A stretch of 64,000 bases of DNA, from positions 64,001 to 128,000 of the forward strand of contig JAVZLM010000007.1 in NCBI GenBank assembly GCA_038883775.1. Reading direction: 5' to 3'. Below the pieces are notes generated by a model. It was not told where the DNA came from. It did not search any database and saw nothing but the letters and a program-made list of their open reading frames with translations. The DNA is from Candidatus Bathyarchaeia archaeon (GTDB lineage: Archaea; Thermoproteota; Bathyarchaeia; Bathyarchaeales; Bathycorpusculaceae). Shown here piece by piece: positions 19,283 to 29,808 of this stretch; position 1 is the first letter of the stretch; each line of letters begins with the position of its first letter. Both the position numbers and the translations under genes were made by a program.

Positions 19283-20320
19283 TCAATCAACCTTCTCAAT
19301 TTTGTAAAGCCCACCAACTTTGTTAACTTGGAATTTTACATTCAAGATTTTTTCTGCAAGCCAAATATTTGTTTCCAAATGATCAGAAAGCGCTCTTGTA
19401 AAGTATAGGGAACTACCTTCAGCTAAGGCAATGTAAGGCACAAGCATATCAGCCAAATGCACATCCACAGTTGGTTTAGCAGAAATCTCCATGTAAAGTT
19501 TTTCGGCAGCCTCTCGCCCCACAGTTTCGCTTGGCTTTCTTAGTTCGCCGATGGCATCAGCCCCCAAAATTGCGTTTGTGTCCGTTTCAGCCCACAAGAC
19601 AATGGAGCTTCCCTTCTGCAGAGGGTTTGACTCATCGTTTACTAGCTGGATATCTGCTGCATAGCCCTTCTCCCTTAAATATTCATTAGAGGCTTTTGCT
19701 TGACGTTCAGCAACCTTCCTATCCGCCAAGAAGGTGCAAACCGAAACGCCACGTATCATTTTTATTTTGCCAAAATCTTTCAAAACTAAAGGTTTTAGAT
19801 GTTTACATGGCTCAACTGTTATGGTTATTTCGCCCATGCCTTTCGGATAATAGCCATACTTATGAACGGTTAAAGTGGCATTCACTCCCATTCGCTTAAG
19901 TGTTGGCAGAAGTACGCAACGTATATAATTGATTGTAGGCGAGTTGGAAACATCTGTTCCGCCCCTTAAGACGTGCAAGTGAACAGTGTTTTCTGCAAAG
20001 GCACATATGGGCAGGATTGTCATTAGAAGCATTGGGATACTTCCAGCTGTGCCAATTTCCGCCTTAACCCTTCCACCCCTAACTGTTTTGGGTTTAAACC
20101 AAAGCTCCCTTGAGTTAAGCTCTGCGCCTTCCACTTCTGCGTCGCAAAGTTTGGCGGCTGTTAAAACTGCTTCTAAATGTTGGGGTCTTAATCCTGGTTG
20201 TGGTCTTCTTTGTCTAATGTTGTAAATGTGAAGGTTTTCGCCTAGGATGGCGGCTAAGGCAACGGACAACCTGAGAATTGTGCCGCTTCCACTTTTTTGG
20301 CTTCCATCGATTTCAATCAC
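19283..20320 (-). CDS. rtcA: RNA 3'-terminal phosphate cyclase
   Basis: IEIDGS, PGLRPQH, GGTDV, GYYPKGMG, VDVHLADML. Confidence 0.93.
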   Translation of the reverse strand: MIEIDGSQKSGSGTILRLSVALAAILGENLHIYNIRQRRPQPGLRPQHLEAVLTAAKLCDAEVEGAELNSRELWFKPKTVRGGRVKAEIGTAGSIPMLLMTILPICAFAENTVHLHVLRGGTDVSNSPTINYIRCVLLPTLKRMGVNATLTVHKYGYYPKGMGEITITVEPCKHLKPLVLKDFGKIKMIRGVSVCTFLADRKVAERQAKASNEYLREKGYAADIQLVNDESNPLQKGSSIVLWAETDTNAILGADAIGELRKPSETVGREAAEKLYMEISAKPTVDVHLADMLVPYIALAEGSSLYFTRALSDHLETNIWLAEKILNVKFQVNKVGGLYKIEKVD

Positions 20321-20421
20321 TTGTTTAGGCGCTCCTTTATCCGCCCTTAAGTCGTTCTATTAAAGGATGAAAAACAATTAATAAATGCGTATAGTATTAA
20401 AATTTGGAATAGGGAAAACGT

Positions 20422-20832
20422 ATGAGCGAAGAAAGGAGAATCCTCGAAAAGCTTGTGGAAAGAATTGACGAGCTTCTCGTGGTTCTAAATAGAGTCACAG
20501 AAGACTTGAGGGAAGTTTCAACAGCCCTAAAATCTATAGTCATCTCCCACTTAGCACAACCACCAACAACACCAATCCCGACACCCACGTCCATAACTCA
20601 GAAACCTCCAGAAAGATTGCAAGGAATAGATGACATAAAAATGATGTTTCCAGAAGAATTAGAGAACTTATTAAATTTTGAAGAAAAGGACGATTACATA
20701 ATAATAAAGCCCCGACAGTTTTTGGGTTCTGAAAATTTCGCCAAAATAGCCTCTGTAGTGCGTGGAATAGGAGGCGACTACATAAGCGCAGGAAAAGCAT
20801 CCCATTTCAGAGTGCCAAGAAAAAGAACTTAA
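20422..20832 (+). CDS. Hypothetical protein (N-terminal coiled coil, Pro/Thr linker, small C-terminal domain)
   Basis: 136-aa ORF with a plausible upstream promoter region. Confidence 0.75.
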   Translation: MSEERRILEKLVERIDELLVVLNRVTEDLREVSTALKSIVISHLAQPPTTPIPTPTSITQKPPERLQGIDDIKMMFPEELENLLNFEEKDDYIIIKPRQFLGSENFAKIASVVRGIGGDYISAGKASHFRVPRKRT

Positions 20833-20899
20833 CCAAAATTGAAAAGCAACCAGCCATTTTGGATGTCATACTATCTACTTCAGATGCTTTCAAAGAATG

Positions 20900-21187
20900 T
20901 CAGAGGTGATACCCGTATCTTATTTCAAAATCCTTAAACTCACCCGTATACGTTTCCCAGCGAACGTCTACGTTTGTGACTCTTGCGCCGGATGGTCCAC
21001 GCCTGCAGAAGTTTATGAGTTCTTTAACTTTTTCTTCTTCTCCTTCGAAAACGGCTTCAACTCTGCCGTCTGGCAAGTTGCGAACCCAACCTGTCACTCC
21101 GCGTTTTTTGGCTTCATATCGTGTTTCTGACCTGAAGAAGACGCCTTGCACCATGCCGCTAACAAGTACGTGCGCCCGAATTTTCAT
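20900..21187 (-). CDS. acyP: Acylphosphatase
   Basis: [26 protein letters not shown]. Confidence 0.95.
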   Translation of the reverse strand: MKIRAHVLVSGMVQGVFFRSETRYEAKKRGVTGWVRNLPDGRVEAVFEGEEEKVKELINFCRRGPSGARVTNVDVRWETYTGEFKDFEIRYGYHL

Positions 21188-21327
21188 GGGAATTCGCCCT
21201 TGAAATTTTATGATTTTGAGGGTTTATGAGTTTTCACTTTAACTCATCTCTCTCCACTTTTGGCAAGAGTTGTTGTAACACTTGCTTTAAAAATGGTTTG
21301 GAGCAGTTGGAATTTTGGTGATTTAAA

Positions 21328-21663
21328 ATGTTCGAGAACATTAATGGAAAGTTGATAGTTTACGCCTCAAATTCCACATTTCACGAAAAGCGTATGAGAT
21401 CCATTAGGGCTGCTGCTGAAAGGATGGCGAAGGTGTTGAAAGTAAATTTTGAAGTCGTAGCTTTAAGGGAGAAGTTCACGCCTATATATATTTACTACAA
21501 AAATGGCGACGAAGAACCAGTTCCAATTTATTGTGATAAGGATGGGAAGGTAGACGAAATGGAGATTTTTAATGCCTTGAGGAATATGATTTTTGTTTTA
21601 TCATTTCATCCTAAGTATTCGGGTTTGAGGCGGATAAGGAAAGAGGTTATGTCGTTTTCTTAA
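21328..21663 (+). CDS. Hypothetical protein
   Basis: 111-aa ORF with a GGTGA ribosome-binding site. Confidence 0.7.
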   Translation: MFENINGKLIVYASNSTFHEKRMRSIRAAAERMAKVLKVNFEVVALREKFTPIYIYYKNGDEEPVPIYCDKDGKVDEMEIFNALRNMIFVLSFHPKYSGLRRIRKEVMSFS

Positions 21664-21973
21664 ATCGTATGTTCTGGTTTTCAAGCCATATTTCGTAAGT
21701 TTGATTCACATCAAAGTCTATACCCAAACTCTCGTATTCTTGCTCGGTCAGAAACAATATTATTTTGGGAATGGCGAATTCTGTTCTTGCTGGAAAAATG
21801 GGCAATTGCTGCTGCACCGCTTGAAGAACTTCTTGCACCATTTTAGCCTCTTCGCTTTGCGGTCTAACAACAAAGCGTGGTATCTCCCGTTCTTCAACTA
21901 ACTCTATTCGCTTTCCGAGGTTGCCGTCCGGATCTCGGATTGATTCGATTTTATTTACTCTAACGCGGAACAT
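21647..21973 (-). CDS. Arcadin-1-like protein
   Basis: MFRVRVNKIESIRDPDGNLGKRIELVEE...PKIILFLTEQEYESLG; recognised from memory of the family. Confidence 0.7.
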   Translation of the reverse strand: MFRVRVNKIESIRDPDGNLGKRIELVEEREIPRFVVRPQSEEAKMVQEVLQAVQQQLPIFPARTEFAIPKIILFLTEQEYESLGIDFDVNQTYEIWLENQNIRFKKTT

Positions 21974-22010
21974 GTCAATCGCAAGAAATAGTGTAGTTTG
22001 GCTATTTAGG

Positions 22011-23213
22011 TTATTCCATTTCGATTGTGGCTGGAGGCTTTGGGGTGACATCATAATAAACTGTTGACACATCGCCGCATTCTTTAAAGACAGCGCCAGC
22101 AATCTTGTTCAGTGTAGACCATGGTATTTCAGAAACAGTTGCGGTCAAGAAATCTTCGGTTTGGACAGATCGTATGCCAACAACATAGGGTTTCTTCTGG
22201 GCTAAATCTTTAACTGCATAGAAAACCCGAGCAACGGAAGGATTTTCAGTTATAATTTTCGCTTGGAGAGAAACAATTTTCTGAAGGGGCGCCTGATGAA
22301 CCTTTCCGTTCATTGTTTGAACTCTAATCCCAACAATTTCGCCGTAACGTCGCTTTCCACCCTCCACTCCAGTGGCTTTATCTCTGAAAACTTTTACATC
22401 GACATTTCTTGATGGAACGTTAAGAAGCCTTGCAACAGTTTCTTTTATGCGGTTGACTTCGGAAAGCTTTAACTCCTCTTCATTGTCGATGATTACGGCA
22501 AAATACTGGCTTGGCTTGTGCTGTTCCAATTCGCATTCAACAATTTTTGTAGCTTTCTTCAAAATCTCAAGTTTGTCACGACGGATTTCCCCAACAACAC
22601 GAACAGACAAGCCCGGTCCCGGGAATGGTTGTCTTTCGGAAATTTCGGCGGGTAACCCTAAATATCTTGCTACTGCTCTAACTTGGGGTTTATACAATGT
22701 TACGAGGGGTTCGACAATTTTGAAGCCATAATGTTCCATGGGGTTTATTCCCATTTGCTCCAAAACATTATGTTGCGTTTTTACGCCGCCCACGGTTTCA
22801 ATAATGTCTGCTTTTATTGTGCCTTGAACGAGAATTTTGCAGCTTTCGTTTTTTGCTGTTTCGCTCAGAACTTGATAGAAGGTTTCGCGGAATTTTTTGC
22901 GTTTTTCTTCAGCATCCCTTAAACCCTTCATGTTTTGTAGAAAACGTTCACGAACATCCACAACCTTTGTTGGAACATTCAAAGGAGGGTTAGACAAGAT
23001 TTCTGCCACACGTTCTGGCTCACCTTCCCGCATGAAAGCATCATCAAGGATTACGCAGGAAAGGTTTTCACCTATGGCTTTATGCGTTAACACAGCACAT
23101 GTCGAACTGTCAACACCGCCTGAAACAGCAACCAAAGCCTTTTCATTGCCAATCTTTTTTCTAATTTCCTCAATTTGATTTTTCACAAAATTTTTCGCTT
23201 CAAACGACTCCAC
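22011..23213 (-). CDS. guaA: GMP synthase ATP-pyrophosphatase subunit (with extended C-terminal region)
   Basis: SGGVDSS, VKTQHNV, RQPFPGPGL, YDVTPKPPATIEME. Confidence 0.92.
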   Translation of the reverse strand: MESFEAKNFVKNQIEEIRKKIGNEKALVAVSGGVDSSTCAVLTHKAIGENLSCVILDDAFMREGEPERVAEILSNPPLNVPTKVVDVRERFLQNMKGLRDAEEKRKKFRETFYQVLSETAKNESCKILVQGTIKADIIETVGGVKTQHNVLEQMGINPMEHYGFKIVEPLVTLYKPQVRAVARYLGLPAEISERQPFPGPGLSVRVVGEIRRDKLEILKKATKIVECELEQHKPSQYFAVIIDNEEELKLSEVNRIKETVARLLNVPSRNVDVKVFRDKATGVEGGKRRYGEIVGIRVQTMNGKVHQAPLQKIVSLQAKIITENPSVARVFYAVKDLAQKKPYVVGIRSVQTEDFLTATVSEIPWSTLNKIAGAVFKECGDVSTVYYDVTPKPPATIEME

Positions 23214-23432
23214 TAAGACACCCCTTTTTATGCTCTAACTTGATTTGCTGTTTCACAATTTATGGTTTACCACAAACCAATAAAAAATACTAGATGAAAA
23301 AACAAATTTCAAGATTATTATTTAAAAATTGAAGTGTTTTTGGAGAAAAAGAAGCAGCAAATTAAGGTAATAATTCAAATTAAAGTTTTTGTGCTTCAGA
23401 ATCTCTATAATAGAAAAATTAGGTGGTTCGAA

Positions 23433-23765
23433 ATGAAAATCGAAGGTGCAAAAGCTTTGGCTGACGCCTTAAAAGAATTGAACGAAAGCTATGCGGAACT
23501 ACTGCAAAACTTGAAAGAAACAACTAAGGAAGCAAAAGCAACAAAAAATTTGTGGCGCAAAGGAAACAGTTCAAAACTAATAAAAATCGGTTTAGCCCTA
23601 ATAGCCTTTCCAGACCCAACAATAAGCGATATAATAGGCTCAGCTTTAGTTGCTGCTGGAATGGTTCAACAAGGAATACGCCGCCGCACCATTTATGTTG
23701 AGGATGTTTATAAGACATTCCAAAGCACGCTTAAAGAAGTTTGGAATATGAGAGAAAGCCTTTAA
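23433..23765 (+). CDS. Hypothetical protein with hydrophobic hairpin
   Basis: Start placed at ATG 23433 after AGGTGG; GLALIAFPDPTISDIIGSALVAAG. Confidence 0.65.
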   Translation: MKIEGAKALADALKELNESYAELLQNLKETTKEAKATKNLWRKGNSSKLIKIGLALIAFPDPTISDIIGSALVAAGMVQQGIRRRTIYVEDVYKTFQSTLKEVWNMRESL

Positions 23766-23834
23766 ATGCGAGTTAATAGCCAAATTTTATATTTGCAGCA
23801 TATTATATGCATAACATGTTTAGGGGGAAATAAA

Positions 23835-23987
23835 GTGAAACTTGTAACAGTATTGTTGCCAGAAGCCTATTTAGAAGGATTAGATGAGCTTGTTAGGGCG
23901 AATATGTATCCAAGCAGAAGCGCAGCCATACGCTCAGCAGTTAGAGATTTGTTGAAGAAAGAATTGTGGGAAAGAAGAGAAAGATAG
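23835..23987 (+). CDS. Ribbon-helix-helix regulator (CopG; aCcr1/CdrS-like)
   Basis: MKLVTVLLPEAYLEGLDELV...YPSRSAAIRSAVRDLLKKELW; GTG start after GGGGG. Confidence 0.85.
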   Translation: MKLVTVLLPEAYLEGLDELVRANMYPSRSAAIRSAVRDLLKKELWERRER

Positions 23988-24045
23988 CATACGCTCACGT
24001 TCAAATAGAGTATGATTAAAAAGGATTAGGAGAGGATTAATCCCA

Positions 24046-24978
24046 ATGAAACAGCATATTGTTCCTAAACAATGCCACTTGGCATCAACTTTTTCCATTG
24101 TAGCTTTCGATCCATCTACCAGAGATTTGGGAGTCGCCGTACAATCACGTTACTTCTCTGTTGGTTCTATTGTTCCTTGGGCAGAAGCAGACGTTGGAGC
24201 AATCGCAACCCAATCTTTTGTTAACGTTTCTTATGGCCCTCGTGGTTTACAGCTTCTTAAACAAGGTCTAACAGTTGAGGAAGTAATAGATAAACTCACA
24301 AGAGATGATGAAGCCAGAGAGTTTCGCCAAGTTGGAATCGTAGACGCTAAGGGTAACGCAGACGCCTTTACAGGAAAAAACTGTCTAGAATGGGCTGGGA
24401 GCAAAATCGGCAAAAACTATGCAGTTCAAGGAAACATTTTAACAAGCGAGGATGTGGTGGCAAGGATGGCGCAAAAATTCGAAGAAACTCATGGAGATTT
24501 AGCTGATAAACTAATTGCTGCGCTGGAAGGCGGCGAAGAAGCTGGAGGTGACGCAAGAGGAAGACAATCTGCCGCCTTGCTTGTAGTCAGAAAAAATTGT
24601 GGGCGTGCAGGCTATGGCGACCGTTACATTGATTTACGCGTCGAAGACCATCCCAACCCAATTGCAGAATTAAAACGCTTGCTTGTTTTACATCGCATTT
24701 ACTCCTTAATTGACGAGGGCGAAGAAAAATTGGCAAAAGGCGATTTGAAAGCCTCTCTAGCAGTTTTGATGAAAGCAGTTTCGCTAAACCCAAATGTTGA
24801 CGATGTATATGTTGATTTGGGCATAGTCTATTTGAGACTTGGAGAGAAGCAAGAAGCAATAAACGCTTTTAAAAAGGCTTTGCAATTGAATCCGAAAATG
24901 AGAAATTTGATAAGACAACTTCCCAAGTTTGGATGGATGGAATCAAACCAAGAAATTTTTAGGGAAATCAGAATTTAA
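24046..24978 (+). CDS. DUF1028 (Ntn-hydrolase-like) protein with C-terminal TPR
   Basis: TFSIVA, GAIATQS, QGNIL, GGDARGRQSAA, DLRVEDH; TPR AFKKALQLNP. Confidence 0.88.
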   Translation: MKQHIVPKQCHLASTFSIVAFDPSTRDLGVAVQSRYFSVGSIVPWAEADVGAIATQSFVNVSYGPRGLQLLKQGLTVEEVIDKLTRDDEAREFRQVGIVDAKGNADAFTGKNCLEWAGSKIGKNYAVQGNILTSEDVVARMAQKFEETHGDLADKLIAALEGGEEAGGDARGRQSAALLVVRKNCGRAGYGDRYIDLRVEDHPNPIAELKRLLVLHRIYSLIDEGEEKLAKGDLKASLAVLMKAVSLNPNVDDVYVDLGIVYLRLGEKQEAINAFKKALQLNPKMRNLIRQLPKFGWMESNQEIFREIRI

Positions 24979-25763
24979 AATTCCAACTTAATTTTGTTTG
25001 CTAAATCTCTAATATTCTTTGCCGCTTTTGAAGGATCTTCGGCTTGTGTTATTGCTCTTCCAACAATGAGATAGCGAGCTCCAGCTTCAATGGCGGCTTT
25101 AACATCGCCTCCTTGAGCGCCTATTCCAGGCGAGTATATAGGAACTTTTTCGCCGAGTATGGTGTATACTTCTTTTATTTTTTCTGGATGTGTCCCGCCA
25201 ACCACGGCTCCTTCTGCCTCATGTTTCAAAGCCTTTCTTGCAAACAAGATATATTGCAATATTTTTTTGCCCGTTTCAGGATCTATTACTGTTTGTCCAT
25301 AACCTTCAACGGCTCCTTTGTGGCTCATGTAAACTAGAAGGATTACGCCACGCTGCAAATTTCGGGATACATCAAAAATTGGTTTTAAGCCTTCCTCCCA
25401 TCCTATAAAGGGATTAGCAATTAAAGCGTCAAATCCAGCGGCATAATAATACTCAGCGATAACCTGATTTGTTGAGCCTATATCGTTTATTTTGCAGTCC
25501 ATGATTGTCAAAAGCCCATAATCATGAACTTTTTCTAGGAGCTTTTTAATTCCGTCAAAGGTGCCAAGAGGGAGGACCAGATGGTGGTTAAATTTTACAG
25601 CACATATATACTCGTGAACACTTTCCAAGACTTTTTCTGCTTTAGAAAATAGTTTCTTACGGTTTTCTGGCTTTTCGAAGGGAAAATCTAAAGCTAAAAC
25701 AATGTTGGATCTTCTACTTTTGGCAGTTTGTTCCATCTTGCTTTGGAAAGACATGCGAAACAC
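24975..25763 (-). CDS. pyrF: Orotidine-5'-phosphate decarboxylase
   Basis: LALD, DCKINDIGST, SPGIGAQGG, IVGRAI. Confidence 0.93.
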   Translation of the reverse strand: MFRMSFQSKMEQTAKSRRSNIVLALDFPFEKPENRKKLFSKAEKVLESVHEYICAVKFNHHLVLPLGTFDGIKKLLEKVHDYGLLTIMDCKINDIGSTNQVIAEYYYAAGFDALIANPFIGWEEGLKPIFDVSRNLQRGVILLVYMSHKGAVEGYGQTVIDPETGKKILQYILFARKALKHEAEGAVVGGTHPEKIKEVYTILGEKVPIYSPGIGAQGGDVKAAIEAGARYLIVGRAITQAEDPSKAAKNIRDLANKIKLEF

Positions 25764-25769
25764 CGCTTT

Positions 25770-26465
25770 CTATTTATGTTTTGAACTAAAAATCTTTACT
25801 ACTTCGATTTCTCCATGCGCCACCATTTGGATATATGCAAGTGTCGTTTCTACGCACTCTCTCAGCTGGTCTGTCGTGATTCCAGGAGCCCCATAGCCAA
25901 TTATAAGCACATTTTTAGTTTGCTCAGTAATTTTTGTATAGTCTGAGTCTCTATGTGGATAAAGGCACAAAATTTGTTTTCGGTCGGCTAAAACAAGCAT
26001 TTTATCAGTTAATGCGAGAGGCTTATTCATACCAATTCCAGTGAAAGTTTCGCCATTTCTTGCAAATCGAACTTCAAATAGCGGGTTTAAGCAGTTTTTA
26101 TCAAATCCGCTTATGGGAATTATGGCTTTCATAGAAGCCAAATTATAAGCATCTACAACCGTTGAAATACACGGCAAATCTTCACCATGCAAAACTCGCC
26201 TCAGTAAGGCTTCGCCAGAAGGTCTCGTCTTCGTCGGGTCTATATCAAGTTTCCAGTAGAAATCTCTGTAGGCTCTCACTACAGGATTATCCTTCAACGT
26301 TTCAATGTTATATTTGGCTCTAACTTCCTCGTAGGCACTCTTTTTTAGTTTTTTGATTTGCTCGTTCTCCTTTTCCACATGTACACCGTTGATTATGCCA
26401 ATGCATATGGCAAGTTCTGGAAATTTTGATAAGACTTGTGGATCCCAGTTTAGATGGAACTGCAT
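25770..26465 (-). CDS. B3/B4-domain protein (stand-alone tRNA-editing-like domain)
   Basis: IDPTKTRPSGEALLRR, VVDAYNLAS. Confidence 0.88.
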   Translation of the reverse strand: MQFHLNWDPQVLSKFPELAICIGIINGVHVEKENEQIKKLKKSAYEEVRAKYNIETLKDNPVVRAYRDFYWKLDIDPTKTRPSGEALLRRVLHGEDLPCISTVVDAYNLASMKAIIPISGFDKNCLNPLFEVRFARNGETFTGIGMNKPLALTDKMLVLADRKQILCLYPHRDSDYTKITEQTKNVLIIGYGAPGITTDQLRECVETTLAYIQMVAHGEIEVVKIFSSKHK

Positions 26466-26550
26466 TTTTATATTCCAACTATTATTTTTAGGCGTCAGAT
26501 ATTTAACAGCTTAATGCAAAAAATTTATTCTTTCAAAATTGCGTGAAACA

Positions 26551-27452
26551 ATGATAGGTGAACTTGCCGCTTTAGGTGCAGCCTTAACCTGGACATTCTC
26601 AGCAGTCCTCTATAAGGAAGCATTGTTAAAAACCAAGCCTATATCAGCGAACATTGTAAGACTTGTATGCATAAGTGCAATTCTGATTATTTATTTAATG
26701 GTTATTGGTAAAATTTCTATTTTAACAACTTTACCGCTTAACGCTGTTTCTGGCATGTCTAAGCGGAATAATTGGTTTAGGCTTCGGCGACACATTATAT
26801 ATGTATAGCCTAAAACTTATAGGCGTGGCAAAAGCCGTTCCAATAACGTGTATCTATCCACTCTTCAACCTTTTATGGAGCATTTTCCTTTTTAGAGGAG
26901 TCTATCACCCCCGCCAATAGTTTTTGGAGCACTCATAATCGTTTTTGGAATAGCACTTTTAAGCGGCGAAGAGAAGAGTGAAAACTCACAGAAAGTGCGT
27001 AAAGAAAACTTGGTTAAGGGAGTGATTTCCGCTTTAATTACAGCTTTAATGTGGTCCTTGAGCATAACATTAATAGACGTGGCGGTAACGCTTCCAGAAA
27101 CGAGCAGTTTAGACAACGCCTTGGCAATTAACACCATTAGAACAATGGTAATTGCAGTTTTACTATTGGCTACTTCACCAATCATTGATAGAAAATTTGG
27201 CCTCTTAAAAATGCAAAGAAAACATTAGCCATGCTCATTTCAGGTGGTATCATAGCCCTCGGTTTAGGATGGTTCTTCCTTACATACAGCTTCATACACG
27301 CTCGAGAAGCCCGTGTGGTCCCAATATCTTCCACCACTCCATTATTTTCAACATTGTCTGCAACAATTCTTCTCCATGAAACGGCAACGCCAAAGAACAT
27401 TGTTGGAGCCATAATAGCTGTCGCAGGAATATTTCATCTTCTGAAAAGGTGA
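26551..27452 (+). pseudogene. Frameshifted EamA/DMT-family transporter
   Basis: EamA segments (GELAALGAALTW; GIIGLGFGDTLY; AVPITCIYPLF; ITALMWSLS; PISSTTPLFS) lie in different frames, with indels near 26748, 26890, 26910, 27220 and 27433. Confidence 0.85.
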
Positions 27453-27520
27453 AAAACGGTATAGTTTTATACTTCACATTGTTTAAAAGGAAAACTTGGC
27501 GGACTGGAAGGTCGTAGGGC

Positions 27521-28288
27521 ATGGCTGTATCTCCAAGCGTTAGAGAAGTTCTTGCAAGGAGAATCGCAGGAGAAATAATCCTATCAAACAAGCCAGGCGC
27601 CACCATGCGAAAATGGCGGGAACTTTTTGCTGTGTCGCAAACTAGTCTTTCAGATAAGATGGTTATAGCGCCTTCAGTTATTAGCGATTACGAGAGCGGG
27701 AGGCGTGAGAGCCCAGGCACAAAGTTTGTTAGAAGGTTTGTTTGGGCATTATTGAAGATTGACGAAGAACGGGGAAGCCGTTTCATCCGTGAGTTTGCAA
27801 AGCTGACAAGTTCGCCGAGTGTTGCTATACTGGACCTTAGGGAATTTCCCATACCAGTTCGCATTGAATACTTGTGCAAAGCCATAAAAGGCGAGATAGT
27901 CGCATGTGCAAGCACATTTGTTAAAGAGGTTTATGGTTACACTGTTATTGACGAGAAGAGGGCTATTGAAACTCTTTCGGGCTTGGAGTACTCGCAACTT
28001 TTTGGTGCAACAACAGAGCGGGCACTTGTTTTTACAAATATTGGAAATGAGAATTCGCCCATGCTTATTGTGCGTTTGAACAATTTGAAGCCGCGGGTTG
28101 TGGTTTTCCAAGGCGCCAAACCAGACGAACATTCAATTAGACTAGCGGAGTATGACCGCATTCCACTCATATATTCTAGTTTGCCAACCGTTGAGCAATT
28201 GATTAAATCCTTAAGAAAGCTTTATCGGATTGCGCTTCGCAGAAAACTTGGCAAACCAGTTCGGCCGCCCCCAAAAATAAGTGCATAA
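27521..28288 (+). CDS. Archaeal XRE-type HTH transcription regulator (COG1709-like)
   Basis: RRIAGEIILS, PSVISDYESGRR, YGYTVID, TERALVFT. Confidence 0.85.
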   Translation: MAVSPSVREVLARRIAGEIILSNKPGATMRKWRELFAVSQTSLSDKMVIAPSVISDYESGRRESPGTKFVRRFVWALLKIDEERGSRFIREFAKLTSSPSVAILDLREFPIPVRIEYLCKAIKGEIVACASTFVKEVYGYTVIDEKRAIETLSGLEYSQLFGATTERALVFTNIGNENSPMLIVRLNNLKPRVVVFQGAKPDEHSIRLAEYDRIPLIYSSLPTVEQLIKSLRKLYRIALRRKLGKPVRPPPKISA

Positions 28289-29216
28289 TGAGCGCGCATT
28301 GTTCATGATTAAGGTTGGCTGTTGCGGCTTTCCCACGTCAATGAAAAAGTATTATGAAAACTTTAACCTTGTAGAGTTGAACAGCACATTTTATCAATAT
28401 CCACGCATGGAAACCGTTGAAGGCTGGCGAAAGAAAGCACCAGAAACTTTCGAGTTCACAGTAAAAGCTCATCAAGACATAAGCCACAAAGAAAAAATGA
28501 AACCCACCGACGCATGTCTTCAAGCTTTCGAAAAAATGAAAAAAATCTGTAAAACTCTAAATTCAAAGATACTGCTGGTTCAGACACCCGGTTCCTTCAG
28601 ACCAGAAAAGCTTGATGATGCAGAAAAATTTTTCAAAGAAGCAAATCGCGAAGGCTTGGTTTTAGTTTGGGAGACTCGTGGACCAGCTTGGGAAACTCCA
28701 GAAACATACGAGAGACTTAGGAGGGTTTTAGAGGGGGTTAATGTTTCGCATGTGACTGATCCGTTTAGGGTTATGCCAGCTTATGTTAGTAAAATAGCTT
28801 ATTTTAGGCTTCACGGGTTGGGCGAACAAATGTATTATTACCAGTATAGTAATGCAGAGTTGCAAAGGCTGAAGGAATCCATTACACCATACGAGAAGAA
28901 GAGAAAAGAGGTTTATGTTTTATTCAACAATCTTTCCATGTTTGAAGATGCAATACGCTTCAGAAAATATTTGGCTGAGGGAAAGTTTCCAAAAGTTACA
29001 AGTTTCACTGGTTTACAAGCATTAAGAGAAGTTTTAGCAAGGACACGTTATCCCATTTCAAAAAGCATGTTGATTAAGAAAGTGGGATGGAGGCTTGTGG
29101 AATTTGATGAGGGAAAACAGGAAAGGCTTGAAGCTTTTTTGGTTGATTTGCCTTCTAAGACATACAAAAATGTGGAAGAGCTTCTTAATGAAATAAAAGC
29201 CGTCAAGAAGATTTGA
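28281..29216 (+). CDS. DUF72 family protein with C-terminal DUF2795-like extension
   Basis: VGCCGF, VELNSTFY, FTVKA, YFRLHG, YVLFNN. Confidence 0.88.
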   Translation: MHNERALFMIKVGCCGFPTSMKKYYENFNLVELNSTFYQYPRMETVEGWRKKAPETFEFTVKAHQDISHKEKMKPTDACLQAFEKMKKICKTLNSKILLVQTPGSFRPEKLDDAEKFFKEANREGLVLVWETRGPAWETPETYERLRRVLEGVNVSHVTDPFRVMPAYVSKIAYFRLHGLGEQMYYYQYSNAELQRLKESITPYEKKRKEVYVLFNNLSMFEDAIRFRKYLAEGKFPKVTSFTGLQALREVLARTRYPISKSMLIKKVGWRLVEFDEGKQERLEAFLVDLPSKTYKNVEELLNEIKAVKKI

Positions 29217-29808
29217 TTAACTCCCTTTTTTCGAGTTCACTCTTCAATTTTTGGAAATCGTTAGTTAGTTCTTTTTTGTATTTGGCGCTGTAAAGGGCTG
29301 CAGCTGGATGAAAAGTTGGAAAAATTGTTAGACGCATGTTTAAAAGTGATGCTTCGTAGGTTTTTCCATGTGCTTGTGTGATGCTGCTTAGGAACAAGCT
29401 AGCCTTTGAGAAGATATATGCAGTGGAATGATTCCCAAGAGTAACAATAAATTCGGGTTGAATCGCCAAAATCTGCCTATCCAAATAAGGTGTGCATGTT
29501 TGAATTTCTTTTGGCGTTGGTTCACGGTTTCTTGGCGGTCTACATTTTAGGATGTTGGCTATGAAAACATCCCCTCTCGAAAAGTCTAAATTGGCTAATA
29601 ATGTGTCAAGAAATTTTCCAGCAGCACCTACGAAGGGTCTTCCTTGAACGTCTTCCCAATAACCAGGCGCCTCACCAATAAACATTATTTTTGCATTCGG
29701 GTTGCCTTCGCCTGGAACAGCATTTTTACGAGTTTTATGTAAATTGCATTTTTTACAATCCAAGATTTCCATTGCTATTATTTCTAGCTGGTCTTTTTTG
29801 GTTAACAT
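29203..29808 (-). CDS. udg: Family-4 uracil-DNA glycosylase
   Basis: CKKCNL, GEAPG, GRPFVG, KCRPPRNR, TFHPAA; AGGAGG ribosome-binding site before ATG 29808. Confidence 0.95.
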   Translation of the reverse strand: MLTKKDQLEIIAMEILDCKKCNLHKTRKNAVPGEGNPNAKIMFIGEAPGYWEDVQGRPFVGAAGKFLDTLLANLDFSRGDVFIANILKCRPPRNREPTPKEIQTCTPYLDRQILAIQPEFIVTLGNHSTAYIFSKASLFLSSITQAHGKTYEASLLNMRLTIFPTFHPAAALYSAKYKKELTNDFQKLKSELEKRELIKSS

